Source: an uncultured Candidatus Saccharibacteria bacterium (lineage in GTDB: Bacteria; Patescibacteriota; Saccharimonadia; Saccharimonadales; UBA4665). From it: 64,000 nucleotides of DNA. The position numbers and the translations under genes are program-made. The notes under the pieces were generated by a model. That model saw only the letters and a program-made list of their open reading frames with translations, was not told where the DNA came from and ran no database searches. This document shows positions 28,959 through 37,205 of this stretch, piece by piece; position 1 is the first letter of the stretch; each line of letters begins with the position of its first letter. The stretch spans positions 29,112 through 93,111 of the forward strand of contig CAVSRJ010000004.1 in assembly GCA_963730375.1 (NCBI GenBank), given 5' to 3'.

Positions 28959-29753
28959 TCAGTCCAACTCGATACTGACTGGGCAATGGTCGCTACCCAT
29001 GACATCGGGGTGGATGTTAGCGGCCTTTACCCTATCTTTGAGTGACTGTGAGACGAGGAAATAGTCAATGCGCCAGCCAACGTTGCGGGCGCGGCTGTTG
29101 GCGAAGTGGCTCCACCAGGTGTAGTAGCCGTTGCCTTGTTTGAACAACCGAAGTGTGTCGACAAAGCCGGCATCGACGAAGTGTTGAAAGCCCTCACGTT
29201 CTTCGTCGGTAAAGCCCTTTTTGCCCCGATTGGGTTTGGGGTTGGCCAGGTCATCCTCGGTGTGTGCGACATTCAGGTCACCGCAAAAAATGACGGGCTT
29301 CTCTTGCTCTAATTCTTTGGCATATTCCAAAAACGCTGGATCCCAATGTTTGTGGCGGAGGTCGAGCCGTCCGAGGTCGTCCTTGGCATTCGGGGTATAG
29401 ACTGTCACCAGCCAGAAGTCATCAAACTCAGCGGCCAGCACCCTGCCCTCGCTGTTTGGGTCGCCAAAACCGTCGCCCGACATGTCGTATTTGTCGATGA
29501 GATGTTGCGGAAACCCGAGCTTGGTTTGCAGTGGTTTAACCTTCGTAAAAATGGCGGTGCCGCTATAGCCCTTCTTCTCGGCGCTGTTCCAAATTTCCTC
29601 GTAGTCGGGCAAGTCGACCTCGGCCTGGCCCTGCTGGGCTTTGGTTTCTTGCAGGCACAATATATCGGGCTGCTCTTTTGTAATAAACGGTCCTAATGCG
29701 TCCTTTTTCAGGACGGCACGGATGCCATTAACATTCCAGGAATATATCTTCAT
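28959..29753 (-). CDS. xthA: exodeoxyribonuclease III
   Basis: MKIYSWNVNGIRA, ILCLQETK, GDLNVAH and SDHCPV are ExoIII/APE1 family signatures. Confidence 0.9.
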   Translation of the reverse strand: MKIYSWNVNGIRAVLKKDALGPFITKEQPDILCLQETKAQQGQAEVDLPDYEEIWNSAEKKGYSGTAIFTKVKPLQTKLGFPQHLIDKYDMSGDGFGDPNSEGRVLAAEFDDFWLVTVYTPNAKDDLGRLDLRHKHWDPAFLEYAKELEQEKPVIFCGDLNVAHTEDDLANPKPNRGKKGFTDEEREGFQHFVDAGFVDTLRLFKQGNGYYTWWSHFANSRARNVGWRIDYFLVSQSLKDRVKAANIHPDVMGSDHCPVSIELD

Positions 29754-29821
29754 GGTTGGTAGTATAGCGTACTTCCGTTGTCATGGTCCGCGACAGCTCG
29801 TGGATCCTGATAATGGAAGTA

Positions 29822-29836
29822 TGACAAGCTAGGAAT
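29822..29836. repeat. left arm of perfect 15-bp inverted repeat TGACAAGCTAGGAAT
   Basis: Exact reverse complement of 32352-32366. It sits at the A+T to G+C composition step and is followed by CGGTC, as in the right-hand leader. Confidence 0.7.
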
Positions 29837-29846
29837 CGGTCGGGCG

Positions 29847-29899
29847 GCGGGTGCCGGAGTGGTGTCTCCCCATGTGGGAAGGCCTGCTCCGGTACCCGC
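29847..29899 (-). terminator. G+C-rich hairpin downstream of the 595-aa gene
   Basis: GCGGGTGCCGGAG ... CTCCGGTACCCGC forms a 13-bp stem with one G.U position. It lies 37 nt after the stop at 29936. No U tract. Confidence 0.45.
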
Positions 29900-29935
29900 G
29901 CCGACAACTTGTTACTTCACTTCCTCCTCTCGGTT

Positions 29936-31723
29936 CTAGCCGAGGTTCATCGACAGGTCGTCGTAGGTGGTGACGTCGCGTCGCCCACTGCCGTTGTCGA
30001 TGTAGCTGAACGTGACCTTGATGCCGCTCTGGATGAACGGGCGCTCGAGGTCCGAGCCGGTGGCGGTCGGGTTGACGGCCATGCGGTAGGCGTGTGCGTC
30101 TCCCTGGATGGTGAAGTAGTACACGGTCTTGCCGTTCTCACTCATCGCGGGGGACACTCGATCCACCGTCACGTCCTTCGCCGTCTTGCCACTGGCGTCC
30201 TCACCCGGCTTGGTGGAGCCGTTGTTGGAGAGGATCGTCTCGTAGTCGTTCAGCGCGTCACTCATGGTGTCGCCGAGGGCGATGTCACCACCGTTGATGC
30301 TGGCCAGGCCGGCCGGCACCAGAGTGACTCCCTGCATGTTGGTCTCGCTCGAGGGGTCGCTGTCTCCGTTGGGAACGAGCGCGCCCACCCACGTCATGTG
30401 CCCGTTGATCTTGTGGATCGCCAGGTGCGTCGGGGTGAGTTTGCGGATGTTCTTCTGGGAGTCCTCGACGGCCTTCGTGACCTTCTCGTCGATGACGAGG
30501 TTGTTGATGTGGTACAGCCGAACCGTGGAGGTACGACCGTCGAACAGCGCCAGGTACTGCACCGCGACATCGGAGTTGATCGAGGTCAGCTCCATCTGCC
30601 AGACGGGGTAGTTCTCCTTGGTGTACACCAGGACGGGGTCACCGGAGACCTGGTAGCGCTTGGTCGGACCACGGAACATCCAGCCGTAGTTGCCACCGGC
30701 GTAGTCGCCCCACCAGTCGAGCATCTGCTTGGCGGTCTCCGCCGAGTAGATGCGATCGAGCCAGGCGGGCGCCTTGCCGAGGGCGTAGTGCTGGATGTCA
30801 CCGCTCTGCGCGTCCACCGTCAGGACACCGTTGGGTACGGTGTGCTGGAAGTTGAGCGTGAGGCGGTTGGTCGAAGCGGTCCAGTAGGGCCTCCACTGGT
30901 CGTCGACCTCCAGGGTCCAGTCGTCGATCGGGGTCCCGGCGTAGCCGTTCTCCCACACGTGGCGGTTGACGTCCATGCCGAACCATCCGTTCGCGTAGTA
31001 GTGCATCGCGATGGTCTCGCCCGAAGCGTCCTTGTCGTGATACACCGCCGTGGCGTTGGGGTTCTCGGCGTCGACCGTGATGAAGCCCGGGATCGTCGAG
31101 TTGATCCGGTTGTAGGCCTGGTAGCCCGAGGGCTCCAGTCCGACGACCCAGTAGGCGTGGTTGTTCACCGACTGGAGAACCGGCTGCATGATCTCGTAGC
31201 TGGTCGACAGGTTGGGAACGTCCGTCATGGCCGTCGAGGCGTTGTGGCGCGCAACCTGCTCCGGGACGACCACGATGTGGCCGGCGTCGGTGTCGGGGTA
31301 CTTGCCGGTGTCCTCGGTGACGACCTTGACTTGGTTCGCGAGCTCCTGCGCGCGGCTGGAGGTCCAGACGCCGCCGATGACGTTGGCCACGCCGTAGATG
31401 CCGATCGCCACGATGGCGACGGCCAGGACGACGGTGCCAGTCGGGATTGTCTCCGAATCGGATCCGAAGAAGCCCAGGACGACGATCGCGACGATGAAGC
31501 CCATGAGCCAGAGCCAGAAGGTCTGGTAGAAGCTCGTCATCGACAGACCGAGGACCGGCTGAGTCCAGTACATCATGAGCCACCCGATCAGGGTGTACAC
31601 GACGAACAGGATGGCACCGGTCAGCATGGCTGCCTCGCGGTTCTCGCACTTGACGACCGTTGCGGCCGTCGTGATGCCGACGATGACGAATGCCATCAAC
31701 GCGGCATACAGTAGGTACTCCAT
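29936..31723 (-). CDS. G+C-rich membrane protein: four N-terminal TM helices plus a ~440-aa extracytoplasmic domain
   Basis: 595-aa ORF with strong G/C preference in third codon positions. Hydrophobic helices lie in residues 1-130. No family recognised. The antisense 601-aa ORF is a compositional shadow. Confidence 0.7.
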   Translation of the reverse strand: MEYLLYAALMAFVIVGITTAATVVKCENREAAMLTGAILFVVYTLIGWLMMYWTQPVLGLSMTSFYQTFWLWLMGFIVAIVVLGFFGSDSETIPTGTVVLAVAIVAIGIYGVANVIGGVWTSSRAQELANQVKVVTEDTGKYPDTDAGHIVVVPEQVARHNASTAMTDVPNLSTSYEIMQPVLQSVNNHAYWVVGLEPSGYQAYNRINSTIPGFITVDAENPNATAVYHDKDASGETIAMHYYANGWFGMDVNRHVWENGYAGTPIDDWTLEVDDQWRPYWTASTNRLTLNFQHTVPNGVLTVDAQSGDIQHYALGKAPAWLDRIYSAETAKQMLDWWGDYAGGNYGWMFRGPTKRYQVSGDPVLVYTKENYPVWQMELTSINSDVAVQYLALFDGRTSTVRLYHINNLVIDEKVTKAVEDSQKNIRKLTPTHLAIHKINGHMTWVGALVPNGDSDPSSETNMQGVTLVPAGLASINGGDIALGDTMSDALNDYETILSNNGSTKPGEDASGKTAKDVTVDRVSPAMSENGKTVYYFTIQGDAHAYRMAVNPTATGSDLERPFIQSGIKVTFSYIDNGSGRRDVTTYDDLSMNLG

Positions 31724-31734
31724 GGTTGCTGCTC

Positions 31735-32247
31735 CTAACGAAGGGTCGTGACTGGTGTGCTGATGAGGTTGCCCTGCGCGTCGAACGCGAATGCCGTTTC
31801 CGGTCGCGATTCGAAGACGAAGAACTGCCCCAGGTTCAGGCCATAGGTGTTACCCGCAGTGGTTCGCACGAGAACTCGGTCGCCATCCTGCTGGATGTCG
31901 GCAAGCTCGCTTGCTATCGCGGGTGACCCAGGCTGGGTCGATGTTGGCACCTTGTTGCCCTGCTTGAGCGCACCGTTCTGCGTGAGCAGCACGATGTGGT
32001 CAGTGCTGACGTTGTTGTCCACGACTTGCCACGGGCCAAAGGCCTGCAGCAGCGCAGTCAGCGCGTCTGGCGAGGGCGATGTCTCTGCTGTCGAGATGGG
32101 GGGCTGCGTCTTGTCTCCGAAAGAGGTCGCCGGGTGGATGAACACCATGAAGACCACGCCGAGGACGACGAGCAACGCCAAACCGACTCCGAGAGATGCC
32201 CAAGCACGGGGGTACTTGACCCGTCGCTCTTGAGTGTCGGAGGACAT
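31735..32247 (-). CDS. G+C-rich single-pass membrane protein
   Basis: Start placed at MSSDTQERRV behind GAAAGG. TM helix is WASLGVGLALLVVLGVVFMVFI. It lies 11 nt upstream of the 595-aa gene. Confidence 0.6.
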   Translation of the reverse strand: MSSDTQERRVKYPRAWASLGVGLALLVVLGVVFMVFIHPATSFGDKTQPPISTAETSPSPDALTALLQAFGPWQVVDNNVSTDHIVLLTQNGALKQGNKVPTSTQPGSPAIASELADIQQDGDRVLVRTTAGNTYGLNLGQFFVFESRPETAFAFDAQGNLISTPVTTLR

Positions 32248-32297
32248 GATTACCTTTCTGTAGTTGGCCAAAGGCCAGTGGTCAGAGGTTGTGTAAC

Positions 32298-32348
32298 TTT
32301 TCGGTCACTCACTATTCGTAGGTTATATGCGCACTGAGTGACCGAAAA
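32298..32348 (-). promoter_or_regulatory. leader hairpin A (14-bp perfect arms)
   Basis: TTTTCGGTCACTCA-N23-TGAGTGACCGAAAA lies in the 5' region of the 31735-32247 transcription unit. It is homologous to 33221-33262. Confidence 0.5.
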
Positions 32349-32351
32349 TAT

Positions 32352-32366
32352 ATTCCTAGCTTGTCA
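32352..32366. repeat. right arm of perfect 15-bp inverted repeat (ATTCCTAGCTTGTCA)
   Basis: Reverse complement of 29822-29836. It is part of the conserved box CATTGACAAGCT (minus-strand reading), also present at 33278-33289. Confidence 0.7.
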
Positions 32367-32534
32367 ATGAACGTTCTCTGTTGGGAGCATAAGCTCTACC
32401 AACACAAAACATCGATAAATTATAGCAAAATATTGACCAATTGTCAATAATGCTTAAGGTATCGGTTTGTCGGATGCCGAGTGATCTTTAACGGGAGTGT
32501 GAAAACAAGCTGGGGTGAGAACGGAGGCGTGAGC

Positions 32535-32567
32535 GGCATACCGCGCGATGGTCTTGCGCGGTATGCC
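32535..32567 (-). terminator. G+C-rich hairpin downstream of 32578-33189
   Basis: GGCATACCGCGC-gatggtctt-GCGCGGTATGCC forms a perfect 12-bp stem 11 nt after the stop. No U tract. Confidence 0.5.
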
Positions 32568-32577
32568 GTCACCTGCC

Positions 32578-33189
32578 TTAGCCCCATAGGAGCCATGCTA
32601 CTGCCGCTCCGTAGGCCACGGTACCGAGTACTGCTGCGACTAGTCGTCTCCTGGTCTGGTACTCGATGAGCATCGCGTTGAGCAGTGCCAAGACACCGCC
32701 CGTCATTAGTAGCTCCGCGCCGAGTGTCGCTGGCGACGAGAGCAGGCTGTTGACCTGATACGTCGGTGCGCGATACAGCAAGAAGACCGTCACCACGAAG
32801 ATGAAGCACCACTCAAGCGTGATGAGTACCCCCAGTTGCTGACGACGCTTGAGTGTCAGCAGCAGGAACGCCACTGACAGACCTGTGATCGCTGCGGCGA
32901 TGAGCCCGGCAACGAACAGCGTCTGTACGAAGCTGCTGATCAGTTGTCTGTCACTGAACACACGTCCTTGGCGTAGCTGGACGCCTCCGTCGAGTGTCAG
33001 AATCCAGACAGCCGCTCCGGCGATGAACCATGACAGCAGTAGCCATGGCAGTCCCGTCAGGAACGCCCGTAGGACGTTGAGCGGCTTTCGGACATGCCAC
33101 AGCACGGCATACAGCCACGCGCGGATCCACTGTCGTAGGTGCAGGCGGGGTACGAAGACCCGCCTCTTGACGTGTCTTCCTTGTGTCAT
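32578..33189 (-). CDS. G+C-rich polytopic membrane protein (203 aa)
   Basis: Start placed at MTQGRHVKRR behind GAGGAGGG. About five hydrophobic helices. The 243-aa track ORF extends into the leader. Confidence 0.6.
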   Translation of the reverse strand: MTQGRHVKRRVFVPRLHLRQWIRAWLYAVLWHVRKPLNVLRAFLTGLPWLLLSWFIAGAAVWILTLDGGVQLRQGRVFSDRQLISSFVQTLFVAGLIAAAITGLSVAFLLLTLKRRQQLGVLITLEWCFIFVVTVFLLYRAPTYQVNSLLSSPATLGAELLMTGGVLALLNAMLIEYQTRRRLVAAVLGTVAYGAAVAWLLWG

Positions 33190-33220
33190 TCGTACCCTCC
33201 TCGGTGTTTGTGGCGGATTT

Positions 33221-33289
33221 CGACCACACAATGCGTACAAACTTGCGCGCACTGTGTGACCGGAATCCCTCTGCCCCAGCTTGTCAATG
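33221..33289 (-). promoter_or_regulatory. leader B: conserved box plus hairpin homologous to leader A
   Basis: Minus-strand reading: CATTGACAAGCT-N16-CGGTCACACAGTGCGC...TGTGTGGTCGAAA. Both arm differences relative to a perfect palindrome are G.U pairs in the sense RNA. Confidence 0.45.
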
Positions 33290-33411
33290 TGCGCGATGGT
33301 GTATTCCACCTCATCGCTGACCTCTTTATGCCCGAAAAATCCAGCTTAGGCAATAGTATTTCCGACACACACACGTGTCAGTCCAGCCCCAACCTGCTAC
33401 AATATGGGGCA

Positions 33412-34122
33412 ATGTATAAGCGCGTGCTACTGAAGCTATCGGGTGAGCAACTGGCAGGTAAATATGAATTTGGTGTTGACCCCGAGATAGCCGCGTACCT
33501 GGCCACAGAGGTCAAAAAAATGGTAGATGCAGGTTGTCAGGTCGCCATGATAGTCGGTGGTGGCAACATGGTCCGCGGTGCCAAGCTGGCCGGCCATGGT
33601 ATCCGCCGCGTGACCGCTGACCAGATGGGTATGCTGAGCGGCCTCATTAACTCCATGGCCATGACCGATATTTTTGAGTCCAGTGGCCTACCGACGCGCT
33701 GCCTCAGTAATATCTTTGCTGAACAGGTGTCCGAATCGTACTCGTATCGTCTGGCAGAAAAACACCTACAGAACGGCCGCGTAGTTATCATCGCGGGTGG
33801 TACTGCACGGCCATATGTCACGCACGACACAGCTGCCGTTAGCTTCGGCCTGGAACTGGACTGCGAGGTTGTCATGAAAGCGACCAAAGTCGACGGTGTC
33901 TACGATAAAGATCCGGCACAGTTCGACGATGCTACTAAACTCAACACCATGTCCTTCCAGCAGGCCGTCGAAAGTCAGGCCATCAAAGTGATGGACAAGG
34001 CCGCCCTTGGGCTCGCCATGGAGCATAAAGTGCCGCTTGTCGTCTTTAATCCGATGGAACCAGACAACATGCTCAAACTCGTCAAGGGCGAAGCCGTCGG
34101 CACCCGCATCGACGACATTTAA
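33412..34122 (+). CDS. pyrH: UMP kinase
   Basis: MYKRVLLKLSGEQL, VGGGN--RG, and KATKVDGVYDKDP. Start at 33412; the upstream part of the track ORF is non-homologous. TACAAT lies 9 nt upstream of the ATG. Confidence 0.9.
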   Translation: MYKRVLLKLSGEQLAGKYEFGVDPEIAAYLATEVKKMVDAGCQVAMIVGGGNMVRGAKLAGHGIRRVTADQMGMLSGLINSMAMTDIFESSGLPTRCLSNIFAEQVSESYSYRLAEKHLQNGRVVIIAGGTARPYVTHDTAAVSFGLELDCEVVMKATKVDGVYDKDPAQFDDATKLNTMSFQQAVESQAIKVMDKAALGLAMEHKVPLVVFNPMEPDNMLKLVKGEAVGTRIDDI

Positions 34123-34163
34123 CTTTTCGTAGATTAACTCAGTTAGATCGTCACAGTTTGCGA

Positions 34164-37100
34164 CTATTTGCCTGGACCGATGCCATACCAGTTCCAGTGC
34201 CATGGTTCCTGGGCTGCATTTGGATTGCCGGGATCGTGCTCGTAGGAGTGGAACCAGCCATACTTGTATGCGTTTTTTACGAGCCACTCATACTTGGATG
34301 AGCCGTAGGATATGTTGTCGAGGTCTACGGCTAGGCCCCAGCCATGATTTGATGTACCCGGTATCGCAACCTGTGCAGATGATGACCCAGGATTACTGGC
34401 CTTTATTTCTTGTTGAATCTGTAAACTTCGATATGCTGCGCCACTTCCGCCCAAAATTGATAGTCTGTCGCCAGTATCTTTGTGGTATTCCTCGTTCATG
34501 GCAATAAATGCTTTTGCAGCGCCGATATACATTGGGTGTCTGTTAGTACCATCTACATCTTTCAGTATTTTGCCACTCAGTCGGCCGTTCAGATAGCCGG
34601 CTTTTTGGAGCCTGCCCTGTTCGGGAGATGAGTAATATTCCTTCAGCTGCGATTTCTCGTGCTTTTTGTGGTCGAGTACATCATTTACCTTCTTTAAGGA
34701 CTCGAAATTTAAGCCGTCCCATAGCTCAGGATAATTTGCTTTAGCCTCAAGCATTTTTCGTCTTACTTCCGCTTCGGCTCGTGCTTTTGCAGCTGCCCGT
34801 CTCTTGGCGTCTGCTATGACATGGTCTTTTTCTTTATCGTACGCTTTACTGAACTGCGTTGCATAGTTGCGACGATCGTGGTCGTTTTGACCACCTGGGC
34901 TGCTATCCGCTGCGCGTTCGTACAGACTCAGTACCAATGTAGCGGCTTCTTCCGGTGAGTTTGCTTGCTTAATTCTATCCCACGCTGCACGTTCGCTACC
35001 CTCGAGCTCATGCATAATGAAATCAAATTGTACGTCAGCATCCTTCCAGGATTTACCCTTGTCATGTGCGAACTTGTAAAGGTTGTCTAGGCGGCCGCCC
35101 TCCCATTGAATACATCCTTTGGCTGGACCCAGGTATTGTTCTGTAGAACAGTCCATGAGGGGCTTGCCGGTCTCATCTCGAATATCTGCAATGAATCCGA
35201 ACGCTATATCTCGCTTCATGCCGCGACTGATTAATTTTTCTGCATATGTTGCAGCCTTTGCGATAGATTTGTCGCTGCTTTTTTGCATACGGTCAAGCGC
35301 CCTGGATTCGATTGTACTGGTAGAAAGTTTCTCGCTTTTATATGCGGCGGCTGCTTTGCGTGCTTCTGCTTCTTGGCGGGCCTTTTCGGCTGCTGCTTTT
35401 TGGCGGGCTTTCTCGGCGGCATCCTCCACGGCCATTTGTATGCGGTCTATGTCTTCTTGTGGCGCAACACTCAGCTCGGCTATAGCGAGCTGCATGGCTA
35501 TCCGAGGCAAATCCTTCTTGTCGATGTCTTTGGCGCCACCATTTTGTGGCTCTGACAGTTCCTGTTCGAGCTCTTTTGCGCGCCAGGCGATGATACTCTG
35601 GTTCATGCCGCTGCCTGGTGCCTGAATGGCCTGCTTCTGATCATCACTTAGGTTTTTAAAGTATGAGCTGTCTTTGAGGAGTGCTTGCAACTGCAAAATT
35701 GCGGTGGAAGCTGTCGTATTCTCGACGAGCCCCGAAGTGCGACCGTTAGTGGTATTGTCAACTATCTCGGTCACTTTTGGCTCAAGGTACTCCGATAGCA
35801 ACAGGCTTTTTTCGAATAACGGCTTCGTCGTTTCTGGTGCAGCCTTGTCGGATTCGGAGGCTGCTGTCGGAGCCGGTGTATCAACATTTGCTCCCAGACC
35901 AAGTGTGGCAACTTCTGCCTGAACTCGTTCTTCGGGCGTGACTACACCATCCTTGGCTGCATCAGCGAGTACACTGTGTTCTTTTTGCGGTTCGACTGGT
36001 GCCGGTACTGGTACAGTAGGCTTAACTTCTTGTGGTGCCACCGTAGCCTGAACGGTTTCTTGCACTGGGGTTACTAGCGTGTGGGCTGCTTTTGTCTCGG
36101 TTTGAACTACTTGAATCTTGGGTGCTGCAGCCGCGCTAACTATCGAAGGTGTAGCGGGTACTGTAGGTGCCGTCTGTAGCCGGGTTGCGGCAGCAGCGCG
36201 CTGGGTAACGTTAATAATCAGGCCGGGTCTGCTACCTGGAAGGCTGGAGGGAGACGTAGCGGTAGCCTCCGCTGGGGCGAAGTGTAATGACGTTCCGACG
36301 CTTGCGGAAACATTTGGTGTAGCCGGCGTGGCCGCAGCGGCATGCGGGGCGAAAACCATCCCAGCGCCGACACCAAATACTGATACTGCCGTAGCTCGTC
36401 GGCCTATGCGACCCAAGTTACTACTGTCGTTCGCATGTTCCATGGCGGGTTTGCCGTCACGATCCCATGGTAGTGCGTAATCTTCGTACGCCATACGACC
36501 AAGCGCAATGACGTCTTCCAGCGTCAATTTAGGGTGCTTACCCTCGCTTACTTCCTTGGCAAGTTTGTCGAGATTTTTAGCGAGCTCACGCTGCACAGGA
36601 ATAACCCGAGAGGTTTGACGTGGATCAGGTATGGTACGCAACTTGCGTGAGTCGGGGTGGATCGTCGGGGTTTCTGTGCACAGGTTGGCGTACACGATTG
36701 CAACTCGCTCAGTAACTGCCGGGTTTGCAATAGGGGATTGTTGGCGAGCTACAAGCGTATCAAACCACCTGCTCTGTACTCTTGACATCAAACGGTCACT
36801 GACAGGTAGCATGCGGGCTTGTTGTACCAGTTCACGAGTGATTGGTTGTGTAGAGACATCATGGTGAATTGTGGCGAGTATGCCTTCGGCTAGGGTTTTT
36901 TCTTCCATATCCTTTGCCCAGGCTCGTCCCGCGCCTGGTTTGTTTTTTTCGTGTCTGTCTATTTGTCCAGCAAGCTTTTGGATGTGCGGAGTATATGGTT
37001 CGACTACTTTGTGATATGCACGGATAACGTTTGGATTGATGACAAATTCCTGGTACGCCTCATCTGGCATGGCGAGCTGCTCAAACCCTACGCTGCGCCC

Positions 37101-37205
37101 GAAAAAGTCTGCCGTTTTATCAGAAATATCTCCCACGAGCCGTTCTGCTACATCCGGGACGAATGCGTATCGCTCTGGACCTCCATATACCGTTCGTGTT
37201 GACAT
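34164..37205 (-). CDS. membrane-anchored bifunctional peptidoglycan hydrolase (phage-tail-lysozyme-like muramidase + VanY/M15B-type peptidase)
   Basis: 1013 aa. The architecture is a ~285-aa cytoplasmic N-domain, a TM helix (ATAVSVFGVGAGMVFAPHAAAA), and a P/T/A/V-rich plus charged-helical spacer. This is followed by GCIQWEGGRLDNLYKFAHDKGKSWKDADVQFDFIMHELEGS...LYERA (phage tail lysozyme pattern). The C-terminus has PGTSNHGWGLAVDL ... EPWHWNWYG (M15B zinc D,D-peptidase pattern). Confidence 0.8.
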   Translation of the reverse strand: MSTRTVYGGPERYAFVPDVAERLVGDISDKTADFFGRSVGFEQLAMPDEAYQEFVINPNVIRAYHKVVEPYTPHIQKLAGQIDRHEKNKPGAGRAWAKDMEEKTLAEGILATIHHDVSTQPITRELVQQARMLPVSDRLMSRVQSRWFDTLVARQQSPIANPAVTERVAIVYANLCTETPTIHPDSRKLRTIPDPRQTSRVIPVQRELAKNLDKLAKEVSEGKHPKLTLEDVIALGRMAYEDYALPWDRDGKPAMEHANDSSNLGRIGRRATAVSVFGVGAGMVFAPHAAAATPATPNVSASVGTSLHFAPAEATATSPSSLPGSRPGLIINVTQRAAAATRLQTAPTVPATPSIVSAAAAPKIQVVQTETKAAHTLVTPVQETVQATVAPQEVKPTVPVPAPVEPQKEHSVLADAAKDGVVTPEERVQAEVATLGLGANVDTPAPTAASESDKAAPETTKPLFEKSLLLSEYLEPKVTEIVDNTTNGRTSGLVENTTASTAILQLQALLKDSSYFKNLSDDQKQAIQAPGSGMNQSIIAWRAKELEQELSEPQNGGAKDIDKKDLPRIAMQLAIAELSVAPQEDIDRIQMAVEDAAEKARQKAAAEKARQEAEARKAAAAYKSEKLSTSTIESRALDRMQKSSDKSIAKAATYAEKLISRGMKRDIAFGFIADIRDETGKPLMDCSTEQYLGPAKGCIQWEGGRLDNLYKFAHDKGKSWKDADVQFDFIMHELEGSERAAWDRIKQANSPEEAATLVLSLYERAADSSPGGQNDHDRRNYATQFSKAYDKEKDHVIADAKRRAAAKARAEAEVRRKMLEAKANYPELWDGLNFESLKKVNDVLDHKKHEKSQLKEYYSSPEQGRLQKAGYLNGRLSGKILKDVDGTNRHPMYIGAAKAFIAMNEEYHKDTGDRLSILGGSGAAYRSLQIQQEIKASNPGSSSAQVAIPGTSNHGWGLAVDLDNISYGSSKYEWLVKNAYKYGWFHSYEHDPGNPNAAQEPWHWNWYGIGPGK

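Noticed and set aside
29909-31714. 601-aa plus-strand ORF, the longest ORF on that strand
   Set aside because: It lies exactly antisense to the 595-aa membrane-protein gene in a G+C-rich segment. Its product is R/V/G/D/H low-complexity with no hydrophobic core or motifs. This is a typical stop-poor shadow frame of high-G+C DNA. The same applies to 30798-31649 (-), 30264-30611 (+) and 31847-32337 (+).
29822-32366. Insertion sequence or composite transposon
   Set aside because: The 15-bp inverted repeat is real, but there is no transposase, no obvious target-site duplication, and one arm is clearly part of a promoter/leader that also occurs in direct orientation at 33278-33289. It is treated as a duplicated or inverted leader rather than an IS end.
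35119-36480. Plus-strand ORFs inside the 1013-aa hydrolase gene (35119-35625, 35674-35922, 36118-36480)
   Set aside because: All are antisense to a gene with strong catalytic motifs. Their products are Ala/Ser/Cys low-complexity mirrors of the sense strand's Ala/Lys/Glu- and Pro/Thr-rich regions.
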